A DNA stretch of 14,780 nt from a virus (taxonomy: Duplodnaviria > Heunggongvirae > Uroviricota > Caudoviricetes). Both the position numbers and the translations under genes were made by a program. The stretch lies in IMG/VR virus record IMGVR_UViG_2706794665_000005. The stretch is one strand, 5' to 3'. Below, in pieces: positions 8,507-14,780 of this stretch (its first letter is position 1; each line of letters begins with the position of its first letter). The notes below the pieces were generated by a model that made no database searches, was not told the DNA's origin, and saw only the letters and a program-made list of their open reading frames with translations.

Positions 8507-10088
8507 GTGGTGTTGTCTCCTCTTCCGGCCTGCGACTCTCCGCTATCTGCTGCTGATACGCCTGCGCTATCCACACCGGACGTGAGAGTCCGGCTTTTTC
8601 CCGCTCTGCAGATTCCCTGACCTGCTGGCGGAAAATGTCCTGATAATCCTCGCCCATCAGCGCCAGCTCTTTCTCATACGTGCTCAGTCCGGCCTCAATG
8701 CGCATCACTGATTCCTGAACCTCCTTGAGCCCGTCAATGGCCATTCTTCCGGCTCCAATCCACTCAGCCCGTGACCAGGCTGATCGCGCCTGATAAAAAT
8801 CAAAACGTGCCCGTGGCGGACGAATAATCCCCCGAAGAAGTGCCTCTTCCAGCCAGCAGGAAAACATCTGCGTGGCCAGCCGGGACGCAATAAATTTTCG
8901 CCGCCCCATAAAATAGCGCCACGACTCATTGGCGGATGCGCGGGCACTTGAATAACTGACCTTCGAGTAATCACGGGACAACTGTTCGTAGGAAACGCCA
9001 AGACCGGCGGCGATATACCGCAGCAGCGCCTGTTCAAGCGCCGAAAATCCATTGTCTGAATCCTGCGCGGTCTGAAGTTTCAGATCATCACCGGGGAAAA
9101 GGTGCGGAATTTTGACACCGCCCAGCGTCACGCTATTCGTGTCATACCAGGTGGAGAACTTATCCAGAATATTAATAAGCGGATTATCCTTCTGCCCCTG
9201 CGGCGCACCGGCGATATATTCAAAGGCCTTTTCGGTATCAAGGTCACTTTCAATCGTCGCTGCATACATCGCCTTCACTATGGCCGACTGAAGCTGTGTT
9301 GCCTGCAGGGAATCGAGCATCTTCAGCCGTTCCATTACGCTGTAAAACTGATTGGCTCCACGGGTCTGCCCGTCCTCCACCGGCTCGAAAATATGCAGCA
9401 TGGCCGGACGCCCGGTGGGAAGTTCACGCGGGATCCGTTCCCATCGTCCACTCCCAGAGAACGGAAAATCATCCTCACAGATATGGTACGCAACGGCACG
9501 ACCATATCGATCGACCTCCACACCGGCCCGCAGAAAACGGTTCCCCATACCGTGTCCTGGCGTGTCCACCCGTTTCGGACTCACGGCTTTAAAACGCGTA
9601 CGAAACAGTTGCGTGCTCTCCGTATCCCAGACCGGCTGCACAAAGATTTCGCCGTTAAACGCATGAACGCCCACACCTTCACGGATAAATTCCGTAAACG
9701 TGCGTTTCCCTTCCACGTCGATCTCGCCAAACATCCCTTCGGCGTATTCCGACCAGGCCGCCTCCACCTCATCGACAAAACTTTTTGCCGCAGTCTCCCG
9801 CATCCCCAGCCAGCGCCAGTTCGGACGGTAGCTGATCAGAAACATATGCCCGACAATATGATCCTTATGCAGGGCCACCGCATTAGCCGCTATCCCGTTA
9901 TTGCGCACCAGATCATCTGCCCGGGCATTCCCCAGACGCAACGCAGGCAGCAGGGCTGCATCGGCACTCTGCGCCGGTGGCAACCACTCCGCCATTTGCC
10001 CGCCAAATCCTGCGCCGCCCCCGTTGTAGCTGAGACTCTCACGAAGCGGAACGCCGTTCACATCAATCAGGACAGGCGTTCGTTTCAT
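8496..10088 (-). CDS. B: Portal protein gpB
   Basis: 530-aa ORF MKRTPVLIDVNGVPLRE...GGGAGFGGQ...RGNARADDLVRNNG...RGANQFYSVMERLKMLD...LLRYIAAGLGVSYEQLSR..., colinear with lambda B (533 aa); ATGA overlap with W. Confidence 0.96.
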   Translation of the reverse strand: MKRTPVLIDVNGVPLRESLSYNGGGAGFGGQMAEWLPPAQSADAALLPALRLGNARADDLVRNNGIAANAVALHKDHIVGHMFLISYRPNWRWLGMRETAAKSFVDEVEAAWSEYAEGMFGEIDVEGKRTFTEFIREGVGVHAFNGEIFVQPVWDTESTQLFRTRFKAVSPKRVDTPGHGMGNRFLRAGVEVDRYGRAVAYHICEDDFPFSGSGRWERIPRELPTGRPAMLHIFEPVEDGQTRGANQFYSVMERLKMLDSLQATQLQSAIVKAMYAATIESDLDTEKAFEYIAGAPQGQKDNPLINILDKFSTWYDTNSVTLGGVKIPHLFPGDDLKLQTAQDSDNGFSALEQALLRYIAAGLGVSYEQLSRDYSKVSYSSARASANESWRYFMGRRKFIASRLATQMFSCWLEEALLRGIIRPPRARFDFYQARSAWSRAEWIGAGRMAIDGLKEVQESVMRIEAGLSTYEKELALMGEDYQDIFRQQVRESAEREKAGLSRPVWIAQAYQQQIAESRRPEEETTPRET

Positions 10089-10291
10089 AACCTCACTCCC
10101 AGCGGACGACGGCGACGTCGGGTTGTCCCCAGTACCGACTCCGCATCATTGATCGCCCGGTTAAGCTCATCCAGAGAAGCCTCCGTATATTCAATTCTGC
10201 GACCATCTTTCTGGACAGACACCACCCGTTTACCGGTTAATAAATCAAGGCGCGCCTGACGCAGCGCCTGCAGTTCAGCGACTGTAACCAT
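10085..10291 (-). CDS. W: Head completion / head-tail joining protein gpW
   Basis: 68-aa [46 protein letters not shown]..., lambda W-like and the same length. Confidence 0.9.
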   Translation of the reverse strand: MVTVAELQALRQARLDLLTGKRVVSVQKDGRRIEYTEASLDELNRAINDAESVLGTTRRRRRPLGVRL

Positions 10292-12203
10292 TCACTCCTC
10301 CGGACAGCTTCGCTGCCAGTTCTTTAAGGGTTGGCCGGGTCGTCTCTTCTTCCCGGGATTTTGCCAGTACAGCCAGATCAAGCTGCCAGCGTTGCACGGA
10401 CACACGTAATGCCGCATAGGCATACACCAGGCAGTCCAGCGCTTCGTTACGCCGCTTTTTGTTATCCCACAGCAGACGCATCTTTCCTTTTTCCCACTTC
10501 TCCACAAGCTCTTCCGCGACCAGTTGCTGCGCCTCTGTCTGCGAAAAAATCTCCGGATCATCAGGAAAACGGATGGCATACGACGTGGCTTCATCCGCAG
10601 GAGTGGGATCGGCTTTCATACGGGCATAGAGAATTTCTTTTGCGGTGTCCGTCCCCACTTCACACAGATACACGCCCCGCTGATTGCGGGTTTTCGGCAT
10701 GGTGATCACCGGCTTGCCATAGACAGATGCGCCTTTTACCGGCAGCACCCGGAAAACACCGTGTTTTTTTGACCTCTGATAGACAATTTCACCATCGATC
10801 CCCCCGGTGTCCCAGCAGACACGGGAAATGGTCATTTCGGTTCCGTCTGCATGGCAGTATTTTTTGTTGATCGCCGCATCCACACGTAACAGCGTCTCTT
10901 CCTCATCGGGACGGCCCATAATGATGATTTTATCCACCAGAAAAGCTTCCTCTCCCGGTGCCCATCCCCAGACATACATCTCAAAACGGTTTCGCTGCGA
11001 GTCAATGCCCGCCGTCAGATAAACCACCCGGGCTGGCACCGCCGCCGTGTAATGCACGACCTTATCCATCAGTACCTGGTGATCGAGTTTTTCGCCCACG
11101 GCCTCTTCCCAGGTCTCGCCCAGCGTGGTGTTCACAAAGGTTTTCAGGCCGTTGGGATCTTTCAGTGCATCCAGCCAGTCATAGACTATCTGTACCCAGG
11201 TGGTGAACGGACTGTACGCCGTCCAGATATGGAACGTGATGGAGCGCGGCGGCGGAATTTCATTATCCGCGGCGCTGAAAAACGTCAGACCGTCACGGGT
11301 CCACATCCCCGTGTTTTCACAGATCCACCGCCCGTTGCTCTGGTCAAGCTCAGACTGATGGATCACGCAGCCATGATGTTCACAGAGGTAGAAAACGCTT
11401 TCGGGGCTGTCCTTCTCCCATTTAAGGCCAAAAGGCGTGGATTCATCGCCAAATTTCAGATACTGCTCCTCCCCACAGTGTGGGCAGGGCACATAAAAAC
11501 GCATGAAATGCGCCGACTCGTTGGCCGCTTTTTCGATCTGGCAGGTGCCTTTGATTTTAGGCGTCGAGCCGCGAATGGATTTGGGCCATACAGAGCCCTC
11601 AATACGTTTATCCCCAAGCAGGGTTGGCGACCCCTCTTTTTCGACATCCGGTTCGAACGAGGAAAGTTCGTCATAGCAGACCACGTCCACGGATTTTTCA
11701 CGGTAGTTTTTAGCGGCAGCCCCGCCCAGGCACCAGAAGCCCACGCCCGATGAAAAACGTTTCAGCGTGAGGGTATTATCACGATGTTTACGCCCAAACC
11801 ACGGTGCAAGATCGAGTAAAACCGGCACATCCCTGATCGTGGGTTCCACATGAGATTTCATAAAATCTTCAGCAGCAGAATCCGTGGGCTGGAAAAGAAG
11901 GCTGTTGCGTGATTTATGCTCAATAAAATAAGCCTCCACTCCCAGCAACATCTTTGTATAACCAACACGGGCAGATTTAATCAGATTAACAGTGCGGATC
12001 CGGTCATTCCCCATGCTGTTCATGATGGCAACCTGAAACGGCAGTGTTTCCCACCGCCCCGGGGTGTAAGATGACTCTTTCGGAAGGTAATAATGTCGAT
12101 CTGCCCACTGAACTGTCGTCAGAGGGACAGGAATTTTTAGCGCAAGGAGGCCGGTTGCTATCGCTCCTGCAGAATTAGCCGCCCTCAGTTCGTCTGAAAT
12201 CAT
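10275..12203 (-). CDS. A: Terminase large subunit gpA
   Basis: Track ORF 10275..12245 is over-extended. ATG at 12201-12203 (GGTGGA SD) gives [13 protein letters not shown]...[28 protein letters not shown]..., colinear with lambda A, and overlaps the Nu1 3' end by 29 nt (26 nt in lambda). Confidence 0.95.
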   Translation of the reverse strand: MISDELRAANSAGAIATGLLALKIPVPLTTVQWADRHYYLPKESSYTPGRWETLPFQVAIMNSMGNDRIRTVNLIKSARVGYTKMLLGVEAYFIEHKSRNSLLFQPTDSAAEDFMKSHVEPTIRDVPVLLDLAPWFGRKHRDNTLTLKRFSSGVGFWCLGGAAAKNYREKSVDVVCYDELSSFEPDVEKEGSPTLLGDKRIEGSVWPKSIRGSTPKIKGTCQIEKAANESAHFMRFYVPCPHCGEEQYLKFGDESTPFGLKWEKDSPESVFYLCEHHGCVIHQSELDQSNGRWICENTGMWTRDGLTFFSAADNEIPPPRSITFHIWTAYSPFTTWVQIVYDWLDALKDPNGLKTFVNTTLGETWEEAVGEKLDHQVLMDKVVHYTAAVPARVVYLTAGIDSQRNRFEMYVWGWAPGEEAFLVDKIIIMGRPDEEETLLRVDAAINKKYCHADGTEMTISRVCWDTGGIDGEIVYQRSKKHGVFRVLPVKGASVYGKPVITMPKTRNQRGVYLCEVGTDTAKEILYARMKADPTPADEATSYAIRFPDDPEIFSQTEAQQLVAEELVEKWEKGKMRLLWDNKKRRNEALDCLVYAYAALRVSVQRWQLDLAVLAKSREEETTRPTLKELAAKLSGGVNGYSR

Positions 12204-12723
12204 CAATCCACCTGCGCACATTCTCACCGGCTTCAGAAGCCACATCGGATGCTTTCGCGATTTCAGTTTTCACAGCATCAAGATGTACGGGTGATATATC
12301 AGGGTATTTACGCTGCAGTGTCTGAGGGACACGGACAAGGATCCCTGATATATTCTGTGCCACTCGCTGAAAGATGTAGGTAAATAACTCCGTCTCGAGG
12401 ACAAGGCCTTCCTCACGAGCATTTTTCAGCTCCTGTGCATCGGCCTGTGCCTTCGTCAGTCGGTAACGTTCGTAATCAATGGTGCCGGGCTGAAGGTCTG
12501 ATTCGCTGGCAGCCCTCAAATCCTCGATCTCTTTACGGAGTTTTTCGTTTTCAATATCAGCTTCCCTCTGCGCATACCACTGAATGGCAGCAGTTGTATC
12601 AAAAACTGATTCAGTCCCTTTCCCTCCACCAGAAACTAGTGGTAACCCCTGACTCTGCCAGGCGGTGATGGTCCTGACATCAACGCCAAAAATATCGGCC
12701 AGTTTTTTCTTATTGACGTTCAT
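12175..12723 (-). CDS. Nu1: Terminase small subunit Nu1 (winged-HTH cosB-binding N-terminus)
   Basis: 182-aa [45 protein letters not shown]...[15 protein letters not shown]...; lambda Nu1-like, with a different putative recognition helix (lambda has IRTIQNWQEQG). Confidence 0.92.
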   Translation of the reverse strand: MNVNKKKLADIFGVDVRTITAWQSQGLPLVSGGGKGTESVFDTTAAIQWYAQREADIENEKLRKEIEDLRAASESDLQPGTIDYERYRLTKAQADAQELKNAREEGLVLETELFTYIFQRVAQNISGILVRVPQTLQRKYPDISPVHLDAVKTEIAKASDVASEAGENVRRWIDDFRRTEGG

Positions 12724-12737
12724 ACACTCCCCCGGGA

Positions 12738-12855
12738 ACCAGAAAGGATCTGAAAATGGCGTTTTCTAACAAAAACAGCCTTTGTCAGATCCTTTTATAT
12801 TTTTAAAATTCTATTGATAATCAATCAGTTAAAAAGAAGAAGAACGGATCTGATT
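12738..12855 (-). promoter_or_regulatory. cosB: three Nu1-binding R elements (R1 about 12741-12759, R2 about 12779-12798 inverted, R3 about 12834-12855) flanking an IHF site
   Basis: Minus-strand repeats TCAGATCCGTTCTTC (R3), TCAGATCCTTTCTGG (R1) and an inverted copy in R2. Same spacing and orientation pattern as lambda R3-I1-R2-R1, but core CAGATCC replaces lambda CGTTTCC; each element contains GATC. Confidence 0.6.
12819..12831. promoter_or_regulatory. IHF binding site (I1-like) between R3 and R2
   Basis: aatcaatcagtta matches the IHF consensus WATCAANNNNTTR exactly, in an AT-rich context, at the position of lambda I1. Confidence 0.55.
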
Positions 12856-12892
12856 TTTCCCTAAAAATTTTCATAAATAGCGAAAACCCGCG

Positions 12893-12904
12893 AGGTCGCC
12901 GCCC
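12893..12904. other. cosN cohesive-end site (12-nt overhang GGGCGGCGACCT on the phage top strand)
   Basis: Plus aggtcgccgccc is the reverse complement of GGGCGGCGACCT, identical to the lambda cohesive end. Flanks match lambda: CGCGGGTTTTCGCTATTTATGAAAATTTT on the Nu1 side and ...GGTCCTTTCCGG...GTTACG on the other side. Confidence 0.88.
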
Positions 12905-12937
12905 CGTAACGGCCCGGATCGCCGGAAAGGACCCGCA

Positions 12938-12960
12938 AAAATGATAATGGTTATCATTTT
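12938..12960. repeat. Perfect 10-bp-arm palindrome aaaatgataa-tgg-ttatcatttt, 33 bp from cosN on the genome right-end side
   Basis: Arms are exact reverse complements with a 3-bp spacer; lies where cosQ or another packaging-termination or protein-binding element would be expected. Confidence 0.5.
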
Positions 12961-13064
12961 CAATGTAGTCCGGTTTCTTCCACCATCGCACCGGACAGGC
13001 GACTATGAGGGGACAACGCCGCGCTCCGTTAACGCGGTAAACCCCGGTGTGTATCGTTTTTGAT

Positions 13065-13129
13065 TATCCCCGCACACTCGCGCAGAGGAGTCTCCCGGTC
13101 GGGCTGCGGTCTCTGTTAATGCGGGGATA
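13065..13129. repeat. Inverted repeat tatccccgca ... tgcggggata (10-bp arms, 45-nt spacer) between Rz and cos
   Basis: Arms at 13065-13074 and 13120-13129 are exact reverse complements; no U-tract follows on either strand, so this is not a canonical terminator. Confidence 0.4.
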
Positions 13130-13157
13130 CGGCGACAATACCGCGCATCAGCAAAAC

Positions 13158-13625
13158 TTATTTCAGGCACTGAGTGCGGATATATTCCTGCGCCACTTCC
13201 AGCTGCTTCTGCATCAGCATCAACCGCTCTCTGAGAGTGAAATAATCCCGTTCAGCGGTGTCTGCCAGTCGGGGGCCGGTTGCATTATCCACGCCGGAGG
13301 TGGTGGGGGCTTCACGCACGGTACCGGGGCAGGTGGCGTTGATCCGCAGGCGCTTACGACCAGCGGCAACGTCAGCGCGCAGAGTTTCATTTTCAGCTCT
13401 CGCATCGGCTAATTCCCTCGAGTATCTGGCATCAAGTGCAGCAACATCACGCTGGCGCTGCTGCATATCAGTAATGGTTGCATTTGCCTGCTCCAGCTCA
13501 CTGACTTTTTTATCGCGCTGCTCTTTGTAGGTTATGGCGTTATCACGGTAATGATTCAGCCCCAGACTAAGCGCACCACAGGCCACCAGCAGGGCAATGA
13601 TGACCACGCACAGTACGCGGTTCAT
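13158..13625 (-). CDS. Rz: Spanin inner-membrane subunit Rz (i-spanin)
   Basis: 155-aa ORF MNRVLCVVIIALLVACGALSLGLNHYRDNAITYKEQRDKK...; N-terminal TMD plus coiled-coil region; lambda Rz-like. Confidence 0.92.
   Translation of the reverse strand: MNRVLCVVIIALLVACGALSLGLNHYRDNAITYKEQRDKKVSELEQANATITDMQQRQRDVAALDARYSRELADARAENETLRADVAAGRKRLRINATCPGTVREAPTTSGVDNATGPRLADTAERDYFTLRERLMLMQKQLEVAQEYIRTQCLK
13220..13405 (-). CDS. Rz1: Spanin outer-membrane lipoprotein Rz1 (o-spanin), embedded in the +1 frame of Rz
   Basis: 61-aa ORF MRELKMKLCALTLPLVVSACGSTPPAPVPCVKPPPPPAWIMQPAPDWQTPLNGIISLSESG; lipobox VSAC, proline-rich, lambda Rz1-like, wholly inside Rz. Confidence 0.88.
   Translation of the reverse strand: MRELKMKLCALTLPLVVSACGSTPPAPVPCVKPPPPPAWIMQPAPDWQTPLNGIISLSESG
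13583..13590 (-). other. Chi octamer 5'-GCTGGTGG-3' on the minus strand
   Basis: Plus ccaccagc, exact; inside the Rz N-terminal codons (LLVA). Confidence 0.6.
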
Positions 13626-13626
13626 T

Positions 13627-13764
13627 TCACCACCAGCGTATCTGACCGATGAAATAACCGGAGGCCATAATCACAAACACCAGCCAGATAAGAATGAACT
13701 TCCAGGTGGATAATTTTTCAGCCATCACTCGAATCTCCCGAATCAGTTTGCTAAAATCAAACAC
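13627..13764 (-). CDS. Small hypothetical single-pass membrane protein (45 aa from GTG; 32 aa if ATG at 13725)
   Basis: Hand translation MFDFSKLIREIRVMAEKLSTWKFILIWLVFVIMASGYFIGQIRWW*. AAGGAG SD 5 nt before GTG at 13762-13764; stop TGA ends 1 nt before the Rz ATG. One hydrophobic stretch of about 20 residues. Below the ORF-track size cutoff; no homolog recognised. Confidence 0.35.
   Translation of the reverse strand: MFDFSKLIREIRVMAEKLSTWKFILIWLVFVIMASGYFIGQIRWW
13630..13637 (-). other. Chi octamer 5'-GCTGGTGG-3' on the minus strand
   Basis: Plus ccaccagc, exact; last codons (RWW) of the small ORF, just upstream of the Rz start. Confidence 0.6.
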
Positions 13765-13800
13765 ACTTTCTCCTTTGACTTTTCCGGAGTCAGGAAACAC

Positions 13801-13834
13801 AAAACCCCGCTTGGTGCCAACAAACGGGGTTTTT
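13801..13834. terminator. GC-rich hairpin flanked by T-tracts on both strands (bidirectional intrinsic-terminator-like) between R and the small ORF
   Basis: aaaaccccg (13801-13809) pairs with cggggtttt (13825-13833); loop contains the sub-palindrome ttggtgccaa. U-tract follows the stem on the plus strand (tttttactttt) and on the minus strand (UUUUGUGUUU). Confidence 0.45.
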
Positions 13835-13922
13835 ACTTTTATTCACTTACGTTTCGCCACTTCGCAGGATTTCATGTTATCCGCCCGCGTGGCCATGCCT
13901 TATTTTCAGCAAAATATTCTGC

Positions 13923-14456
13923 TTATCTGTCGATACCCCAGCACGCCAGCGCGCTCTCCTGGTCACGCCGTGAGACCTGTCCATAGCAGTTATTTGAACG
14001 AATACGGCAGTCTCTGCCACCGTCCTTAATCCACCAGCGAATCGCCTCACATGCTCCCCTGCGATCGCCAGCATTAATTCGTCTGTAAAACGTCGACGGG
14101 AAACACTTACCGGGACCAATGTTGTACGGACAGAATGACGCGATCCCCGCTTTCTGGGGTTCACTCAATGGCACTCTGATGTTTTTCTCCACCCATGCCA
14201 GCGCCTTATCACGCTCAATGGCGTTAACCCGGTCGCATTTTTCCTTCGACAACTTCATGCCCGGAACGACAGGTTTGCCATCCACCAGGATGGCACCGCG
14301 GCAGATGGTCCAGATACCCGCGCCATCACGGTATGCCGTGGTGTGGTTACCTTCCTTTTCATCCAGAAACTGGTCGAGAATGTCAGGCGCAGGCGCACCA
14401 GCGGCAATCAGTGCCAGAACGGCAGCCGACAGGCCGTATCTGATTTTTGCGTTCAT
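13923..14456 (-). CDS. R: SAR (signal-anchor-release) endolysin, T4-lysozyme-like muramidase (GH24)
   Basis: 177-aa ORF MNAKIRYGLSAAVLALIAAGAPAPDILDQFLDEKEGNHTTAYRDGAGIWTICRG.... Gly/Ala-rich weakly hydrophobic N-terminal segment (residues about 8-24) typical of a SAR domain. E35/D44/T50 spacing matches the catalytic triad of phage 21 R-type lysozymes; resembles E. coli cryptic-prophage RrrQ-type lysozymes from memory. Confidence 0.9.
   Translation of the reverse strand: MNAKIRYGLSAAVLALIAAGAPAPDILDQFLDEKEGNHTTAYRDGAGIWTICRGAILVDGKPVVPGMKLSKEKCDRVNAIERDKALAWVEKNIRVPLSEPQKAGIASFCPYNIGPGKCFPSTFYRRINAGDRRGACEAIRWWIKDGGRDCRIRSNNCYGQVSRRDQESALACWGIDR
14031..14038 (-). other. Chi octamer 5'-GCTGGTGG-3' on the minus strand
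   Basis: Plus ccaccagc, exact; inside R (codons RWW of ...EAIRWWIKDGG...). Confidence 0.6.
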
Positions 14457-14519
14457 GGATATTTATCAGGATTTATCGGTTTCTGCCCACGGACAGGTTT
14501 ATCTGTTCCGGTCAGTGAC

Positions 14520-14780
14520 TTAAGGTTGTGATTCCGGAGGAGTCTTCAGAGAACCAGTAATTCTTCCTGGTAGCTTTCCTTTGTAGGTTATCCACACATT
14601 CTGCGCCTCTAAAATTACGGGGCGCTTTTCCGGCGACTGCTCATCCCCTTCACATAACCCGGCAGCAACATCCAGGAAGACCTGAGGTGTACTGGCAATA
14701 GCGGACACTACCATTTGTTCTTTTTTTAAGCAGCCATCTGATGATATTTTTCCCTGAAGGCTGCCGGGGAGATATTCCCC
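14520..14780 (-). CDS. Hypothetical protein, C-terminal 86 aa; 5' end beyond the window edge
   Basis: Frame open from the window edge to TAA at 14520-14522: GEYLPGSLQGKISSDGCLKKEQMVVSAIASTPQVFLDVAAGLCEGDEQSPEKRPVILEAQNVWITYKGKLPGRITGSLKTPPESQP*. Hydrophilic, so not a holin. Sits immediately upstream of the endolysin. Confidence 0.5.
   Translation of the reverse strand, partial: GEYLPGSLQGKISSDGCLKKEQMVVSAIASTPQVFLDVAAGLCEGDEQSPEKRPVILEAQNVWITYKGKLPGRITGSLKTPPESQP

Noticed and set aside
12204-12245. 5' extension of the terminase large subunit ORF in the track ([14 protein letters not shown]...)
   Set aside because: Alignment to lambda A and the SD placement support the ATG at 12203; the extension would overlap Nu1 by 71 nt with no RBS.
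12941-13063. 40-aa plus-strand ORF (MIMVIIFNVVRFLPPSHRTGDYEGTTPRSVNAVNPGVYRF) between cos and Rz
   Set aside because: Weak RBS, start embedded in the perfect palindrome, opposite strand to all other genes, and a region expected to hold packaging signals; most likely non-coding.
13901-13916. AT-rich palindrome tattttcagcaaaata just downstream of the R stop
   Set aside because: Short (6-bp arms), low complexity, and no flanking promoter-like -35/-10 pair that I could convincingly assign.
14520-14714. 64-aa ORF upstream of the endolysin as a candidate holin
   Set aside because: No hydrophobic transmembrane segment. The frame is open to the window edge, so it is the C-terminus of a larger hydrophilic protein, not a holin.
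1-14780. Search for a defence or anti-defence system, CRISPR array, tRNA/rRNA, IS element, integrase or att site
   Set aside because: None seen. The window is almost fully occupied by tightly packed, overlapping late genes in lambda order. The only unexplained coding capacity is the 45-aa ORF between R and Rz and the partial ORF at the right edge. I could not run homology searches, so a divergent embedded gene cannot be fully excluded.

Overview
This window is the late region of a lambda-like (lambdoid) siphophage or prophage, with every gene on the minus strand. Reading the phage map left to right (window coordinates decreasing), the right-hand end of the window holds the end of the lysis cassette: a partial unknown ORF, a SAR-type endolysin R, a small insertion carrying a hairpin and a tiny membrane ORF, then Rz with embedded Rz1. 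An intact cos site follows (cosN 12893-12904, identical to the lambda cohesive end, plus IHF site and three cosB R elements). The rest is a colinear lambda-type morphogenesis module: Nu1, A, W, B, C/Nu3, D, E, FI, FII, Z, U, V, G and G-T, and the tape measure gene H, which runs off the left edge. Homology calls rest on my recollection of the coliphage lambda proteins, not on any search. A 256-nt N run (7286-7541) interrupts C/Nu3, so this is a draft assembly. I found no tRNA, rRNA, CRISPR, IS element, integrase or recognisable defence system; genes are tightly packed and overlapping. The observations worth a second look are a cluster of three correctly oriented Chi octamers just inside the right cos end, a moron-like insertion between R and Rz, cosB repeats that differ from lambda and each carry GATC, and an endolysin with no adjacent holin.
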